Below are positions 37,092-51,400 of a stretch of DNA of 64,000 nt, in pieces. Source of the stretch: Lytechinus pictus (taxonomy: Eukaryota); contig NC_087246.1 of assembly GCF_037042905.1 (NCBI RefSeq), forward strand, positions 2,048,001 to 2,112,000, given 5' to 3'. The notes below the pieces were generated by a model. It saw nothing but the letters and a program-made list of their open reading frames with translations. It was not told the DNA's origin and did no database searches. Within the stretch, counting starts at the first letter, position 1. Each line of letters starts with the position of its first letter. A program made the position numbers and the translations under genes.

Positions 37092-37436
37092 TAGGAATTT
37101 TCAAAAAAGTCAGAATTTGGTGACTATATAAAGAAAAGGGTATCCAGGCAATGCTGCTTTCTTGTGATTTATACCAGCAAATTAAAACTCAAATATTTAT
37201 GCAAAAACAGTCGGAAAAGACAGAATTGTAATAAATTCCAAGTAAAAGTTGTAATGAATTCGATGTTAAAATAACGTGGCTGAATTGGTTAGTGTGGTGG
37301 TAGTTGACTGCACATGGAGTGGGTTGGTGAGGGGGGTACGAAACGCTGTGCTGAGTAATCCTGGAGGCCTACAAGTTCTATATTTGTGTGTATAAGTTTG
37401 TGTGTGTGTGTGGGGGGGGGGGGGGGTCTATAATCA

Positions 37437-37648
37437 TGGAACATTGTGGCCCAGTGGATTAGATTCCAGACTTTGAAATGGAGGGTCTTGGATTTGAATC
37501 CAAGCCATGTGTGATTTCAATTGATCCATAATGTGCTGCACTCAACCAAGGTAAGGTAAATGGGTACCGGTAGGAAATCATTCTTCAAAAAGCTGCGAGC
37601 ACCTAACAAGGTGGATATGTGTGTTATAAAATGCCCAATATTATTATT
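37437..37648 (+). mobile_element. Degenerate tRNA-derived SINE
   Basis: tRNA-like head (TGGCCCAGTGG...GATTTGAATCC), CORE-like GTAAATGGGTACC, and a TATTATT tail. Confidence 0.55.
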
Positions 37649-38422
37649 GCATGTATTTTTATTATGAAATAAATTAATTATGAGGATCTATTTAAAGCCT
37701 AAGAAATGCAAGATATTGAATATTTTGTTTATATTTCATGTATTTTTAATCGTGAATACAACCAACCAACAATACGCACTCCACTCCATTCCCGCTTCGC
37801 AAAAGCAGGCTGCCGATTTAATCGTACGATGTTCCTGCGCTGATCGTAGAATATCCTTACGGTGTAAGGGTTACGATCCTACGATTTCAAAATCTTTGCA
37901 TAACTGCGCTAAGATTGCATAGACCCTACAATAATCAGTACATTGTACAAACGTTGCACACCACTCCAATGAGACCGAATGATAAGCAGGATATATAAAT
38001 TACCCTACAATGATCATTATTCAATGCCATGGTAAAGGGAAGATGTGTTCTTAATTTGTAGGCCTAACTGTTAAATCTCTCACAGAAACTAAGAAAATAA
38101 TCATGAATGCGATAGCTTTTTTTGTTCATGTTGAATTGTACGTGTAAGAAGTAAAGATTGGCTTTGTACCCGTAGCATTTAAAACATGAAGAGTAGATGT
38201 TAACACATAGGTTTACACATTGATATATGACAATATCAATATTTTAAAAAATCACTATTTTCCTATGAAAAAACGAAAATTCCCGGGAACTTTCCATGGT
38301 AAGTTCTTCTACAAATATGTAATTGAGCTATGGCTGACATTTTTATATATTTAGCCAATATGTTCTTCCGCCTGTATTTGGCTAACATTTCAAGAGAGAA
38401 TATCTATGTTAAGATAGAAAAC

Positions 38423-38831
38423 CCCCTGGGGGGCAGTCAAATGTATCGCTGTACACATGCGTGACCAAATTATCTCCAATTACCCCCTAAACGAGTTTTC
38501 TCTGTGTGCAAAATGACCCATTAACAAGTTTTTCGCGGGCTTCATTCACACATTTTGGCCCCTAAACAAGTTATCGCCAGAATATGACCCCCCCCAAAAA
38601 AAAAGCTTTTGAAAAAAATACCCTAAATACGTTTGATCCCGCAATTGACCATTGACCAATCTTTCAAAACCACCTTTAAAAAAAAAATTGGTGTTTTTGA
38701 TACCCTTTACAAATGCAAGCGCTGCCTGCGTCAAAAAATGAAAAAAAAAAAAACATCCCTTTAAACGCGCTTTTTTTGGGTCACGCATGTGTATAGCAGC
38801 AATATTATTTGACTGCCCCCCCCCCCTTGGG
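38423..38831. mobile_element. MITE with GGCAGTCAAAT..TACACATGCGTGACC TIRs
   Basis: Inverted copy GGTCACGCATGTGTA..ATTTGACTGCC at about 38779-38820. Confidence 0.65.
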
Positions 38832-38930
38832 AGGAAATGTCTTTCCAAATGTGGCCACCCTCGGGGGCAGATGTAACACCATGCTACAATTGCCCCTGGC
38901 TTTTAATAAACTTAACACTAAAGCTCAGGA

Positions 38931-39288
38931 TAATAATAATAATAATAATAGCCAATTTTTATAAAGCACTTTTCCCAGAATGGCCCAAAGCGCGTTACAG
39001 CATATTATTACCCCAGTCATTGGATTCATTTCAATCCCGCACGAAAAGTGCACAATTTCCACTCCCTGGGGAGCATTCCTTGCATTCATCGCAGCCTCAT
39101 TATGGCGCTGGCAAATTCAAACATACAATATCATTCGCATCCTACCGGGTACCCATTTAGCACCTGGGTCGAGAGTGGCACAGTGTGGATTAACGCCTTG
39201 CCAAAGGACGCTAGACCGCGGTGGGATTTGAACACACGACCCTCTGTTTACAAGGCGAGAGTCAGATCCACTACACCACGGCTCTTCC
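38931..39288 (-). mobile_element. tRNA-derived SINE with CORE-like body and L2-like tail
   Basis: Head TGGTGTAGTGG...GTTCAAATCCC, body ACCCAGGTGCTAAATGGGTACC, and tail GCGCTTTGG...(TAT)n. Confidence 0.8.
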
Positions 39289-41254
39289 ACTTTCATTACT
39301 TGGAACGTATCTGTCAATCATTTGTTTACAACGAAAAAGTAGCCTAATCATAAATTAAAAAAGTAAGATCTACATAGCTTTGAACATGTTTGTCAAATTA
39401 TTTTTGTAACAATGCAAAATGTGAATTTTGTCAATTAAAGTTTGTGTATCATTCGTTTAATTGTAATCAGAACCTTCAGTGTTCTTGTTCTTTTTCTGTT
39501 TTTCATAAGTTATATTACTTTGATGTGGAAGAGGTTCATCGTGGTGAAGGGTTGAGTAGAAGAAATAACCAGTTGTCTCACGATGTAGCAAACGAAGTAT
39601 ATTACTTTACTAGAAAAGATAAGTTAAAAACACGAGGAAAGTGTGATTTGTGTCATAGGTTCTTCAACATAACTGTTTAGCAACTGGCCCGATATTGCCT
39701 GTGTTACCACTTCAGTAGCATAGATTTAAAACTGTGCATTATTTGTTGTATAAAAACAGAATTGGCTGTATAAATTCATAGTGAATAATCTGCTATTGAA
39801 AACCAGGGCTCCAAATTACTGATTTATACAGTCAAAGTAGTTGTAATTACATTTAATCAGAGCCTTGTCATCAAATATTTTAATGCATAAACTCCATTTC
39901 GTCCACAATGAGACAGAGTTTGTAAATGGAAGAAAGTTCCATTTCTCAATATTTGAAATTCACTTTTATGAGCAAATAATTCCCTCTGACCTAGAGCAAT
40001 TATGCAACTTGGAAACTCTTTTGAAAAAAGAAGCTATGTGGAATTCTCCCAGCTGAGGTTATTTAAATTTTAATTATCTAATGGCAGTTTTAAGGGTGAA
40101 TCAACTCTGCCAGTGGATAAACACCAACGCATATAATCCCCTTATTCCATTGACAAAATGGAAGTTAACTGAGATATTCATCACTCATCTAGACAATCTG
40201 AGTAAAATAAAATTTCAAGAACAAATTTATTCAAGGATTTTGATCGTAGCAACAAACAGAAATAAATAATATTGGATACCTCAAGACCTGAAGAGGGGGG
40301 GGGGGGGGGGGCAGATTTCTACTCTCCTGGGAACAGGTACACTAATAATGTATTGAATTGGTACATGCTACAAAGGCCAGACTACAAATATGAATTCCAT
40401 TAATATTTGCATAAAATCAAGATGCACAAAGATGTGAACAAAAAGTCCTGAAAGGGTATTTTATTTGCTTTGCTCTTCCTGACATACAATACAAACAGTA
40501 TGAGCAAGAGCTTCATATATCCACTCTGCCAGGCCTTGCTGGTTTTATCCATACTTTTCATTTACTTACATACTTCAACTTATTCAATCTAAGTAAATGT
40601 ATCAAAAATTCAAAATATAATATATATATGTTTGTGTTTATACACGAATAAATTGGCAAGGTGGTCATTAATTCTAACCAAGAGAAGGGCAAATATTAAT
40701 ATTGTACAGAAGTAAACATATCATCACTTGGAAGACATTACCGTTTACCTTTTCATGCACATCAATACACATCAAACTGCAAATGCAAATTGGGACCAGC
40801 CGCCCCAAACCAACAATAAGTCCCCCAAAATGAATTTTGAGATTTTTATTGAGATTAAAACAAGCACATATTGAGCTTTAAAATGATATATGATTTGTCA
40901 AACTTGATAAACAAAAACTCACTCAAATTCTTGATGAATGCAGAGAAAACAAAGCAAGAGCTTTCAGGAAATAAGGAGAAAACATTCGAAGCAGAAGATA
41001 TGCACACTGTACAATTTCAATTAAACTTCCATGCAGTCTGCAAAAACTTGTGTCAAAGAAACTCTTGTATCTTTTTTTCTATTCAATCTTACAACTCGAA
41101 ATTTTTACAGTATAAAGATGAAAAAGGACTTCTTCAGACAAGCTAAGTTTTGAATTTTGACTGTTTGAAGACCAAGTTACTATTTTGGCCATTTACAGAG
41201 AACCTTTCCTGGTGACTTATTAGTGGTTCCATAGATGCAGGCTATGTTACAGTG

Positions 41255-41512
41255 GAAAACACTTCGACCCTCGGATAGGACGTCAAATGGAGGCCCTGTG
41301 TAGAGGAGAGTCACCCCCTCTGCACATTAAGAACCGACTGCACTATTCAAATAAGAGTAGGATGAAACCCCGGTGTAGTGGTCCACCTGCATTCCCCCAA
41401 CCAGTTATATCGGGAGGAGAGACCTGCGGGTCACAGTCCGTGTGCGCGCCCTTTTAGGCGACCCAGATTGGCTGGCTCCTATGCAAATGCTGTGCATCAT
41501 CATCATCATCAT
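41255..41512 (+). mobile_element. Deu/Nin-domain SINE fragment with (CAT)n tail
   Basis: TCGGATAGGACGTCAAATGGAGGCCC...GCACTATTC..TAAGAGTAGG..AACCCCGGTGT resembles the DeuSINE central domain as I recall it. Confidence 0.6.
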
Positions 41513-42076
41513 CTCTACGCGCGTTCAAATTTTCACGGCGATCGCGCGATCAGTGGCGAAGATCTAAGGGGGGGTCAAATTGACACCCCCAAGTATATAC
41601 TGGTCTGAAATTAAACAGTATGTTGTACAATACCATTCATATATTTTTTCCCTACTCTGTAAATTTCAAATCTAAAACTCAATTTCCAATTTACACTGCA
41701 ATATCAATATAAATATGAATACAATAACCATTATAATAATTCATAAAATCATGACCATGATCAACATTTCTAAATATCTCTATTTATGAATGGCTATTCT
41801 TGTGCATAAAACAGTTGGAGATCTCGATGTTGTAAGAGGTAGATATATAAATTAAGCAAAATAATGGTATTTAAGGACTGTTGTAAAGAAAGCAGTATTA
41901 AAAGTACATGTCTATGCAATAATCAAGGTGTTTAAAGTACACATATTTCAGTTAACCTCCTCTTTTAGACTTGGACGATGACATCCTGATGAAATGGTGA
42001 ACCTTGAAGTAGCACTGATACTGGAAGAAAATATACCTCACAAAACATTCGTGTGAACTATTCAGTCAGTCAGATT

Positions 42077-42138
42077 TCAGGAATTTGGAGTACTGCTGTG
42101 GCTGTTGTTACTTTGAGATTGGCGCAAGAATGCTTCAT
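42077..42138 (-). CDS. INVS: Inversin terminal coding exon (putative)
   Basis: AG|AT GAA GCA TTC...TCC TGA, phase-consistent. Confidence 0.6.
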
Positions 42139-42456
42139 CTGTGTCAAATACAGAGAAAATTATAAAGAACTTTTTTACTTAGAGTACACACTATTTTCCT
42201 ACACTTCTTTTCAGAACCTGTAGAGATTATATGGACTTTAGCTATGTTGCAAGTGAGAAGTCCATGCGGCCAGTTTCTATGATCTATTGCAGCCAACTAA
42301 AGGGTCACAGAACACAGAACTGTTCAATGTGACCTTGTGTTTAAGATGTTTGCAGAGAGCAATGATCTTTATGTATTTGTGGTGATGATGAGGAGTATGA
42401 TATATACATGAAAACCATAACCTATATAGTTATCAGAACCACCATCATCACCATAC

Positions 42457-42489
<33 letters not shown>

Positions 42490-45400
42490 TATCATCATCA
42501 TCATACCATCATCATCATTATCATCATCATCATCATCACCATACCATCATCATCATCATCATCATCATTGTCATCATCATCATCATCATTATCATCATCA
42601 TCATCATCATACCATCATCATCATTATCATCATCATCTTTGTCATCATCATCATACCATCATCATCATCATCATCATCATTATCATCATCACCATACCAT
42701 CATCATCATCATCATCATTATCATCATCATCATCATCATAATCATCATCATCATCATCATCATCACCATCAATCCATCCATTTAACCAATGAATGAATCA
42801 ATCAAACCCTCTCCTAGATTATTTACTCACCTGCTTCATTCAGTGCCATTGACTGGTCATCCTGACCAGCCCTCTGGAGGGTGATGTTATCCAAACCACT
42901 ACACATTATCTTCAGGTTATCAGGCATATACTGCTCCATGGCAAAATTGTAAGACAAAGCTGAGAAGGAAGAAACAGTAACAGACATACAAGTGGATATT
43001 AATACATGGCTGCAATTAACACGTGGGCACTCATGTCTAATGTGGTATGTAGACGTACTGCTTTGATGACACTTGTTTCAAACCTCAATTCAGTTCTCCA
43101 AATATCAAGTTTCTCTCAGAAGCAACTCAAAACCAATGCTTCCACACTCTGAAGACCCCCATTACAAGATATATTCTTTCACATGCAAAGAGGGCCTACA
43201 CAGCGCTTGTGACAGCATAGTCACACCATAATGCTAATAGCCGTATATGTAAGAACAATCCAACACAAATGAGATGCAGCAAAAGGATATACTGTAGACA
43301 ACTGAGAAGGTTCACTATGAAAATAAATCACAATATTGTGGTACGTAGCGCAAGGTGCATGGATATCTTATGCAGTTCTCAAGACACCATGTTTTCACTC
43401 TGCTAGATAGATCATAATTCCCAAAACCCTGTATTTTACATCTTGATTTCAGTTCCTTAAGACCACCATTTCAAGGCTAGGCACACCCCTGGAAAAAATA
43501 ATTTGAGTCCCTCCCCCACGAAGTAATGCAGATGTAGAGAATATATAAATAGGTTGTTTCCATGTATTAGTGTTATATAAAGCGCAATATTATTATCATT
43601 TATCATAATCTCATAATATTGTTCAGAGGAATAATAGGTTTGGAAACTGGAGATCTAATGCATATAAAACTAGAGAGTACTTCATGAAGATTTTGTCTGG
43701 TGTTTTTCACAGACAGATGTTATAAGCTACTGAAAACCCTTCAATGTGATTGGTCAGAACACATTAGTCGGTAAAAATCATTAACAAAACTCTTCATGAA
43801 AAGTTCTTCAATAATGCTCAGTAATTAACCCTTCATAGCTCATCAAGGTTCTGCAATGTTCTTAAAATATTTTCAGACATTACAGAAAATTAACCCAATT
43901 TGTATGAATTCTCTTTTGTAAGAAGCATTCCAAGTTTGAATTCAGCCTGATTGTTTGACAATTCTCTCAATTATCAATTTACAAGATAGCATAGATGTAA
44001 GTATTACCAGCAGGTGAAGGAATATATTTCATGTAATCAGGACGATCCTTTCTCTCAGGTGGACCAGGGAACCACTCTTTAGCTTCCATGCTTCCTCCTA
44101 GAAATAACATTTACAAAAAATAAACAACATTTACACATACATATATGACATAGATAGAAGCAGAGGATACATAATTTGTTTGATGAACTTGCATTTTCAG
44201 TAAAGAATCTACTGCTTTTTGACATCCCATGTTAATGAAAATTTAATCTGAGGTTATTTATCAGAAAGAACATCCTCTAACATGAAAACCACAAGATAGG
44301 ATGTAGAGTATTTGTGAGAATTTAAGAGTACATATAAACCACTAGGAAGTACAGTATACATTATTTCGCTTTATGAAAACTTTAATTTTCAGGTCTCAAC
44401 AGCAATTTATAATTCAATTTAAGTATCGGTTTAATTTACTTTCTCATTTCCACATCAAATTAGATTGTACAATACAAATAAATGGTTATAATTAACGGTT
44501 ACCCAAACAGTGTGAAGCAAATGTGGTCATGATCAGAGAGGTAATGTATTGAGTTGGGGTGGGGACTGGGGGTAGGGTAAACCGATAGCTTGGAAGTTAT
44601 AGACCCCTATTATGATGTGTTTACCCATGTCCTCACATCACTCCAAGGGAAAACAACAAAATACATATAAAACAATCCAATAGAGCCAAGAAAGAGGCGA
44701 TAGTATCATAATCTCTGGATCATCTTACCATATACTTTCTGAAGAGTCAGATACTGTCTAAGAGCCATTATTTCTGGATCATAGGTGTGTACCAGAGCCT
44801 TGTTACCCCCAAGCGCTTTGAGAAGCTTGCGACGATAGTATCGCCGCCATGCAAGCTGGATAGTACATGCAGCTATCTGTCTCTCCCAAACATCTTCATC
44901 TTTGCGCATCAATCGCCGTAGCTGTATCTCATGAACAGTATGCATCATCTTAGTGTTGCATTGTCTGAAACTGTAATTTGAAATTTTGAAGGAAGATTGA
45001 AAAAGAATGACATGTAGTATTATTTAATATGTTGAGCTATGTGTAAGAAGAATCCTTGATTCTGATTGACTGTTGATCATGGTTACCATGGTAGTTAACA
45101 TTGGATGGCAAAGATACCATAATAGTAACTTTTATGCAACGATTCACCTGATTGTAATCTCTTAATTGATCTGATGTTCTATTGCTATTCCATCACATTT
45201 ACATACAGGAGGTGTATGTCCCTGAAAAATAGGACGAACAGAATCATAATCATCACAGCTCTGTGTTGGCAAAAACCAGCTACTCAGTCACCCATTCAAT
45301 GCAGTGTGGATTGTCATAACGATAGTACTTATGTGTTCTGATGAATTTAAACACATATACATACACAAAATACAAAACAGTACAAGATCCAAATATTCAA

Positions 45401-48400
45401 AGATCTATAATACATGGAGGACTTGCATGCACTTTGATAATGAAAGTCATGAAGCTCCTGCATGAAGACATTTTGCTTGCCATATAGAATAATATTGAAA
45501 CATATTGTCTTGCTTGATAATAAGAGCTTTGATTTCATACAACCTTTACCTTCCCATTCACAGATGATATGTCAATTATTTTCAAGAATATCATCAATAA
45601 CAACACAAGCCTAACCTATCATAATCATCATCATCATCATAATCCTCCTCTTCCTCCTCCTAATCATCATCATCGTCACAATCACTAACGGCACCATCAT
45701 CATCATCATTGATCTGATCATCATCATCATCGTCATGGTCATCAGATCATCATCATCACCCTCATCACCATTATCATCATCATCATCATCATCATCACCA
45801 TCACCATCATCATCATCATCATCACCACCACCATCATCAATCATCGCCACCGCCACCGCCACCACCACCACCACCACCACCACCACCACCACCACCATGA
45901 TCATGATCATCATCATCATCATGTTTATCATCATCTGCACCATCTTCACTGTCAGTCATATCATCAGCTTCATTATAATCACCAATCATAATACTGACTG
46001 TGTCAATCAACAAACCAAGGAAAGAATCTTTCCAACATGTACTCACTTTCTCCATGCGTTCTGAATGATTGTAGCAGCTCTATTCTTCCTTCTCATATCA
46101 GCCAACCTTAGTCTCTCCTTATATACCACTTTCCTTCTCTCATTCAGAATTCTCAGCTGACCTTCCTCATCCCTCACCTCCTTTAGTGAGACTGAACATG
46201 GGTTGTCACTCACTAGTAGAGGTGGTCCTATAATCCTTCCATCTACCTCCCCCATTCCAGAGCAGGTGTCATGTAACGTACTGGTATCCTCTGACAAGCT
46301 TACTGATGCATTACAAACATTATTGTTATTGTTGGTGTTAGGATTCTCTGATGTCCATCCATTCTCTTTGATTTGGGATTTATCCCCTGGATGCAAAGTA
46401 GGGATATGTTCCATACTTCGGGAGTTCAATGGGGTTGAGGAGGAATCTGGCTGATCATACTTTTTGCTTTGCTCTTCACGTTTCCTGAAAAGAAACAGCA
46501 GAGAAAATGTGTTTATTTTTCCTTTTCCAATAAACAAACCTTAACAAATGGGATATTAAAAAAAAAAAATTAAATACATTACAAATGCACATCTACTAAT
46601 ATAAATTATACAAAACAGTTCCATTCTTCATTCAAACTAAACTCTTTGAAATTATTCTTAGCCTTTCATATGTTGGCCCTGATCATTAATATAGATCAAC
46701 AATTCGTTGAATGTAAAAATAGAAACTGATAGAGCAGGGATTCTTCATAAACTCTTCCAGTACTTATATATCTGACAGCTCCAAAGATGGACAGTGATTA
46801 AAATGAAGAAATTATGAGACTTCAGGTGAGCATTTCATAAAATTTTGTCAGACAAAGTTATCAGATCTGACAACTTTCCTTGATTTTGATTGCATCAGAA
46901 GCACTATTACTATGGTAACCATCAGATAAAACATATTGGCCCAAATTCACAAAGATGGTTTTGAAAACCATCGGTTGAACCCATGGTTTATGCAGATTTC
47001 CTGTATAAATTACGCTTATTTACCGCATATATTAAAAAGATGTCCAATGCTGATACACGCTTTTGTCACAGTGCGCCAAATTGATGCCTATTGCCATGGT
47101 TAAGTATGCTATTTTATTCACAAGTCCACTGTTTGAAGAGTGGACTCATTAATTCAAAACAGTGGACTCATGAATAAAATAGCATGCTTAACCATGGCAA
47201 CAGGCGTCAATTTGGCGCACTGTGACAAAAGCGTGCATCATCATTGGTCATTTTCATTACGCGGTAAATAAGCGTAATTTATACTGGAAATCTGCATAAA
47301 CCAAGGGTTCAACTGATGGTTTTCATAACCACTTTGTGAATTCGGGCCATTTTGTCAGAGAAAACATCCAATAAATGAAACGCTCCTCAGCTTTGCATCC
47401 TTGGTGAGGAACTTTAATAGATTACAGCCTTGCAAAAGTGCACTAAAACAAGAATTTGGTTTCAAACACCAATAGACATATCGTTCATTACCATATCTCA
47501 TTTCTAAACTTGAATTCTTACTTAGCTGCTGCATCTTTCCTCAGTTGTTCATGTTTCATCAGCAGCTTCTTCCTCTCAACAAATGTCTTGCGGACACAGA
47601 AACCTCGGAAACGACACTGGAGATAAAAAAATATCAAGCCATATTTTCATGTTTTCCGCTTTTTTCATTGCAGAATTAATATTGTATCCCAGTTACATGT
47701 AATTACTCCTTACATGTACGTATCAGTAAATCCCATCAAGAGTTCTGTAGCACATTTTGTTTGAAAAAATTGCCAAGTAACAAATTAGAATTGTTGATCC
47801 AATTTTAAATTGATCCCAATTCTTTGTTTGAATGTCGGTCATGTTATTCTGATCAGAAGTAGAACACACACATTGTAAAAGACCTTGTTCAGTATAAACA
47901 TGAAAGATAATCAGGGACTGTCCACCTGAAATGTGAACTTGATAGCCCTCCAGGTTACTACAATGAATTGAATACTTAATTTTTATGTGATAAAGTTTGA
48001 ATCACTAATTTTCTGTTGGATATGTGAATTGTAACAGTAAATATCACTTGTCTCTAGACTCAAATCAGTCTACATATTTTCAAATGTCTATAATTTTAAG
48101 CGAAGTTAAGTATTTAGAATGGTTGTTTGTAGCGCACTGTCACCGTCTGGAGGGCAGTTATTACCTGAATACGAGTAGCAGCCATGTCTCTGATACCAGT
48201 GATAGAGAGTGCGCCTTGTTCAACCATGTATTGTGATACTTCATGATGGTCATTAAGTAGGGTGTAGTCAAGGGGTGTGAAGCGATCCTCTGTTAACTCC
48301 ATATGATTAGGGAAAGCCCCATGGTCTAACAGTAACCTTGTAGCATCCAGGTATCCAGTACTACAAGCCCAGTGAAGAGCCGTCATACCCTGTGAATGTA

Positions 48401-51400
48401 AGTGAGATAATGTTACAAGAAGTTTTATTCTTGTGACAGCAACAAATTACTTTGCAGTGGTGTTATGTACAAAGGTGCCTTCTCTAAGCAACACATACAC
48501 ATTGCGTCGTACATCATCATTAATCCTAAAATGGGATTATCAGAATAAAAGAGAACTTGGTAGAAACTTTGCCCACCTGAAACCCCACATTCTCCTAGAA
48601 TTATCCTAGAATTACTGGTGTAAAATTTTCATTGAGCTGTGGTCAGTTGCTTTTGTTTGCATCTATTTTCACGAATAGGACCCTTTGAGATTCGGGACAT
48701 TGTTTTCAAATCTTGACACAATGCAATTTGTAGACAATATCTGTCACTGAATATTTGGCAAGGGATAGATTGATTTATTGCATTTCAAACAACAAATAAC
48801 AAAATTTGATTTTCAATCCTACTCCACTGTTATGGCTCCTTGCACAAATACCTCCCACTCCAACTACTGATCATGTTATGGAGGAGCATCGCATATTCCT
48901 ATCCTCTTCCTGCTTTTCTTTTTTTCATCAAAAATTACCTTTTCTACAAGTCCTTGCATGCTTTTATTTCTTTTCTTATTTTCCAGGCTAACCCAAGCTA
49001 TCCCTTCCAATGAATGGATCACTCTCCAGTATCAACGCAATAATGTCATCAACACAACAGAATGAAGTCTTTATCCTCACCTCATTATCCTGTAGATTAG
49101 GATCAGCACCATGCTCTAGGAGTAGAGTCATACAACGGATAAAACCCCCATAGGCAGCACACTGAAGAGGGGTACGACCAGCATTATCCTGTACATTGGG
49201 ACTTATGTCATGTGTCATTAGATGGAAACAGACACACGTATGACCTCCCAAAGCAGCCCTGTTCAAGGTATTCATCAAATGATTGAGAATATGTAAATAA
49301 AATAAGAAAGCCATTGCCAGGGGGCTGTTTCACTAATATGTTCAGAAGTTACTTATAACGGACTACGGCCTGGTGACCCTCTTTTATATGATATATCCCT
49401 ATGTAGCTAACCTCAGAACATGTTCCAGTCAGGTGAAAAGTTGTGTGTAGAAAACTTACCACAGATAAAAGAAAATATATGATAAAAAAAAACAATTTAA
49501 GTTCTACAATATGTAAACAAAAATGTACTTACTTTGTTTTTGGGAAAATATTTCATGGTCTATACATATTCACTTTTTGTTATTTATAAAATTGATAAAA
49601 CTTTGAGAGACCTCCCTGCCCCCCCCCCCCCCCAAAAAAGAAAACGGCCCCTGGAATTGTATAAATTTGTATTACACTGTACTTCATAAAACATCACCCT
49701 ATGCACCGACATCCAATAAATGGGTATTTGCCAACCTGGAAAAGTGTCTGACTAATTTTGAGTTGCTTCAACTTAAAAAAGCAATCAAAATATATTTCTT
49801 TTTCCAAACAGCATGATACATATACATCTATTACCCCCAGCATATCAATAGGACATTAATGATATATATCCAGTTGTCAGCAAGTTGAAATCACAACTTT
49901 TGAGAAAATATGAACATCTAGATAAATACGACTGTCATCTATGCAGTCATAACAAAGCAGTGTTTGAATTGCCAATGTAGAACAATGTGCTTTTAATAAC
50001 ACCAATCAATTTTGCTTTGTCAACATTCATATCTTTCTGATCTTTGACCTGAATAGAAAAGATAAAATGAATTGTTGCATCTCTCTTAATGTTACAAAGC
50101 CTTGCTCTATTTCATCATGTAATCATTTCCCAATGTTTGTGCTTGTAAACTCACCAGTGAAGAGGAGATCTGCCTTCCTGATCAACTACCTTGACTTGAG
50201 CTCCACCTGTCATTTCAATTCAATCAAATTCATTTCAATTCAATTCAATCTATCTAATTTAATTAAAATCAATCCCATCCAATCCACTTCAATTCAATCC
50301 AGTTCAATTCAATTCAATTCAAAATGGCTTCACAGAATACTTCCTTTGGTAAATCAGATTCGTAAATGTTTTTATTTCAAGAGTGACAATAACAATAGAT
50401 TAGAATGACTCAATAGGACAAACATAATATAAATAGGAATACAAATAGCAGAGCATCAGAAGAGTGACTTTACAAATGACTGGTGAACCTTTCTTACATG
50501 CTAAATTAATCACCAATGAACATTTAATGGTGAATATCAGTTACCACAAGAAAGGATCGCCAGTCATTCTTAAAGTCACTCTTAACTTATGAACAGCTTC
50601 ATGAAACTGCCTGCAGATTACATTAAAATATAAAATATACAAGAATATCCCATAGGTTACCATAGCATATCTTTATTCTTTGGGAGCTTTGTCACAATTG
50701 GTGCAATAATATGATAGGTGAAAAGCTTTATTAATAGCTACAGACATTGCTTTAATTTTCAAAAACATGTGTGCTATTGAATAAGAAACTACTTCAAATG
50801 ATTGTTTAAATGTAATGGTACTAGTGTCACAAGTTGACTGCATCTGACAGAGACAAAAGACTTATCATTAGACTGAATCATGAAGGAGAGAATTGTTGAA
50901 AATAACACATAAAAGACTTAGTGTACGATCAGAAATAAATTTCATTTTCTTCTGAGTCACATGCATTGCTTCACAGCAATGCATACGTTGGACAAAACAT
51001 AATTATTTGGCATGAACATTTTAGCTGTTGTTCTGTCATATTGTGAATTTCATAGCATCTGGATAGAAATCAATTAAAGTAGACCTTCTTACTGTCATAT
51101 TTTGTTAACATAATTATAAAAAAGGATCTTTAAAGATTTCCAATATTTTATCTTTTAGACAATACTCAAATTACAAGAATTTTATTCTCAACTAACATAT
51201 CAAGATTTCTAACCCCCCCCCCAAAAAAAAAAAAGAAGATAAAATAACCCTTTTAAAGAGTCCCCAAATTCAATTGATTCCGATTTCAAAATAAGGATTT
51301 GTTTGCATAAAGAATTAATGAAATCAGATTAGATTAACTGAGATCCTATGGCCAAAATTAACACAAGGTCCAATGAATACCTTTAGCTAAAGTCTTCATG

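Noticed and set aside
42408..42785. Poly-Ser/His/Ile ORF (also ORFs at 45611-46064 and 63090-63653)
   Set aside because: These are translations of (ATC)n microsatellites in introns.
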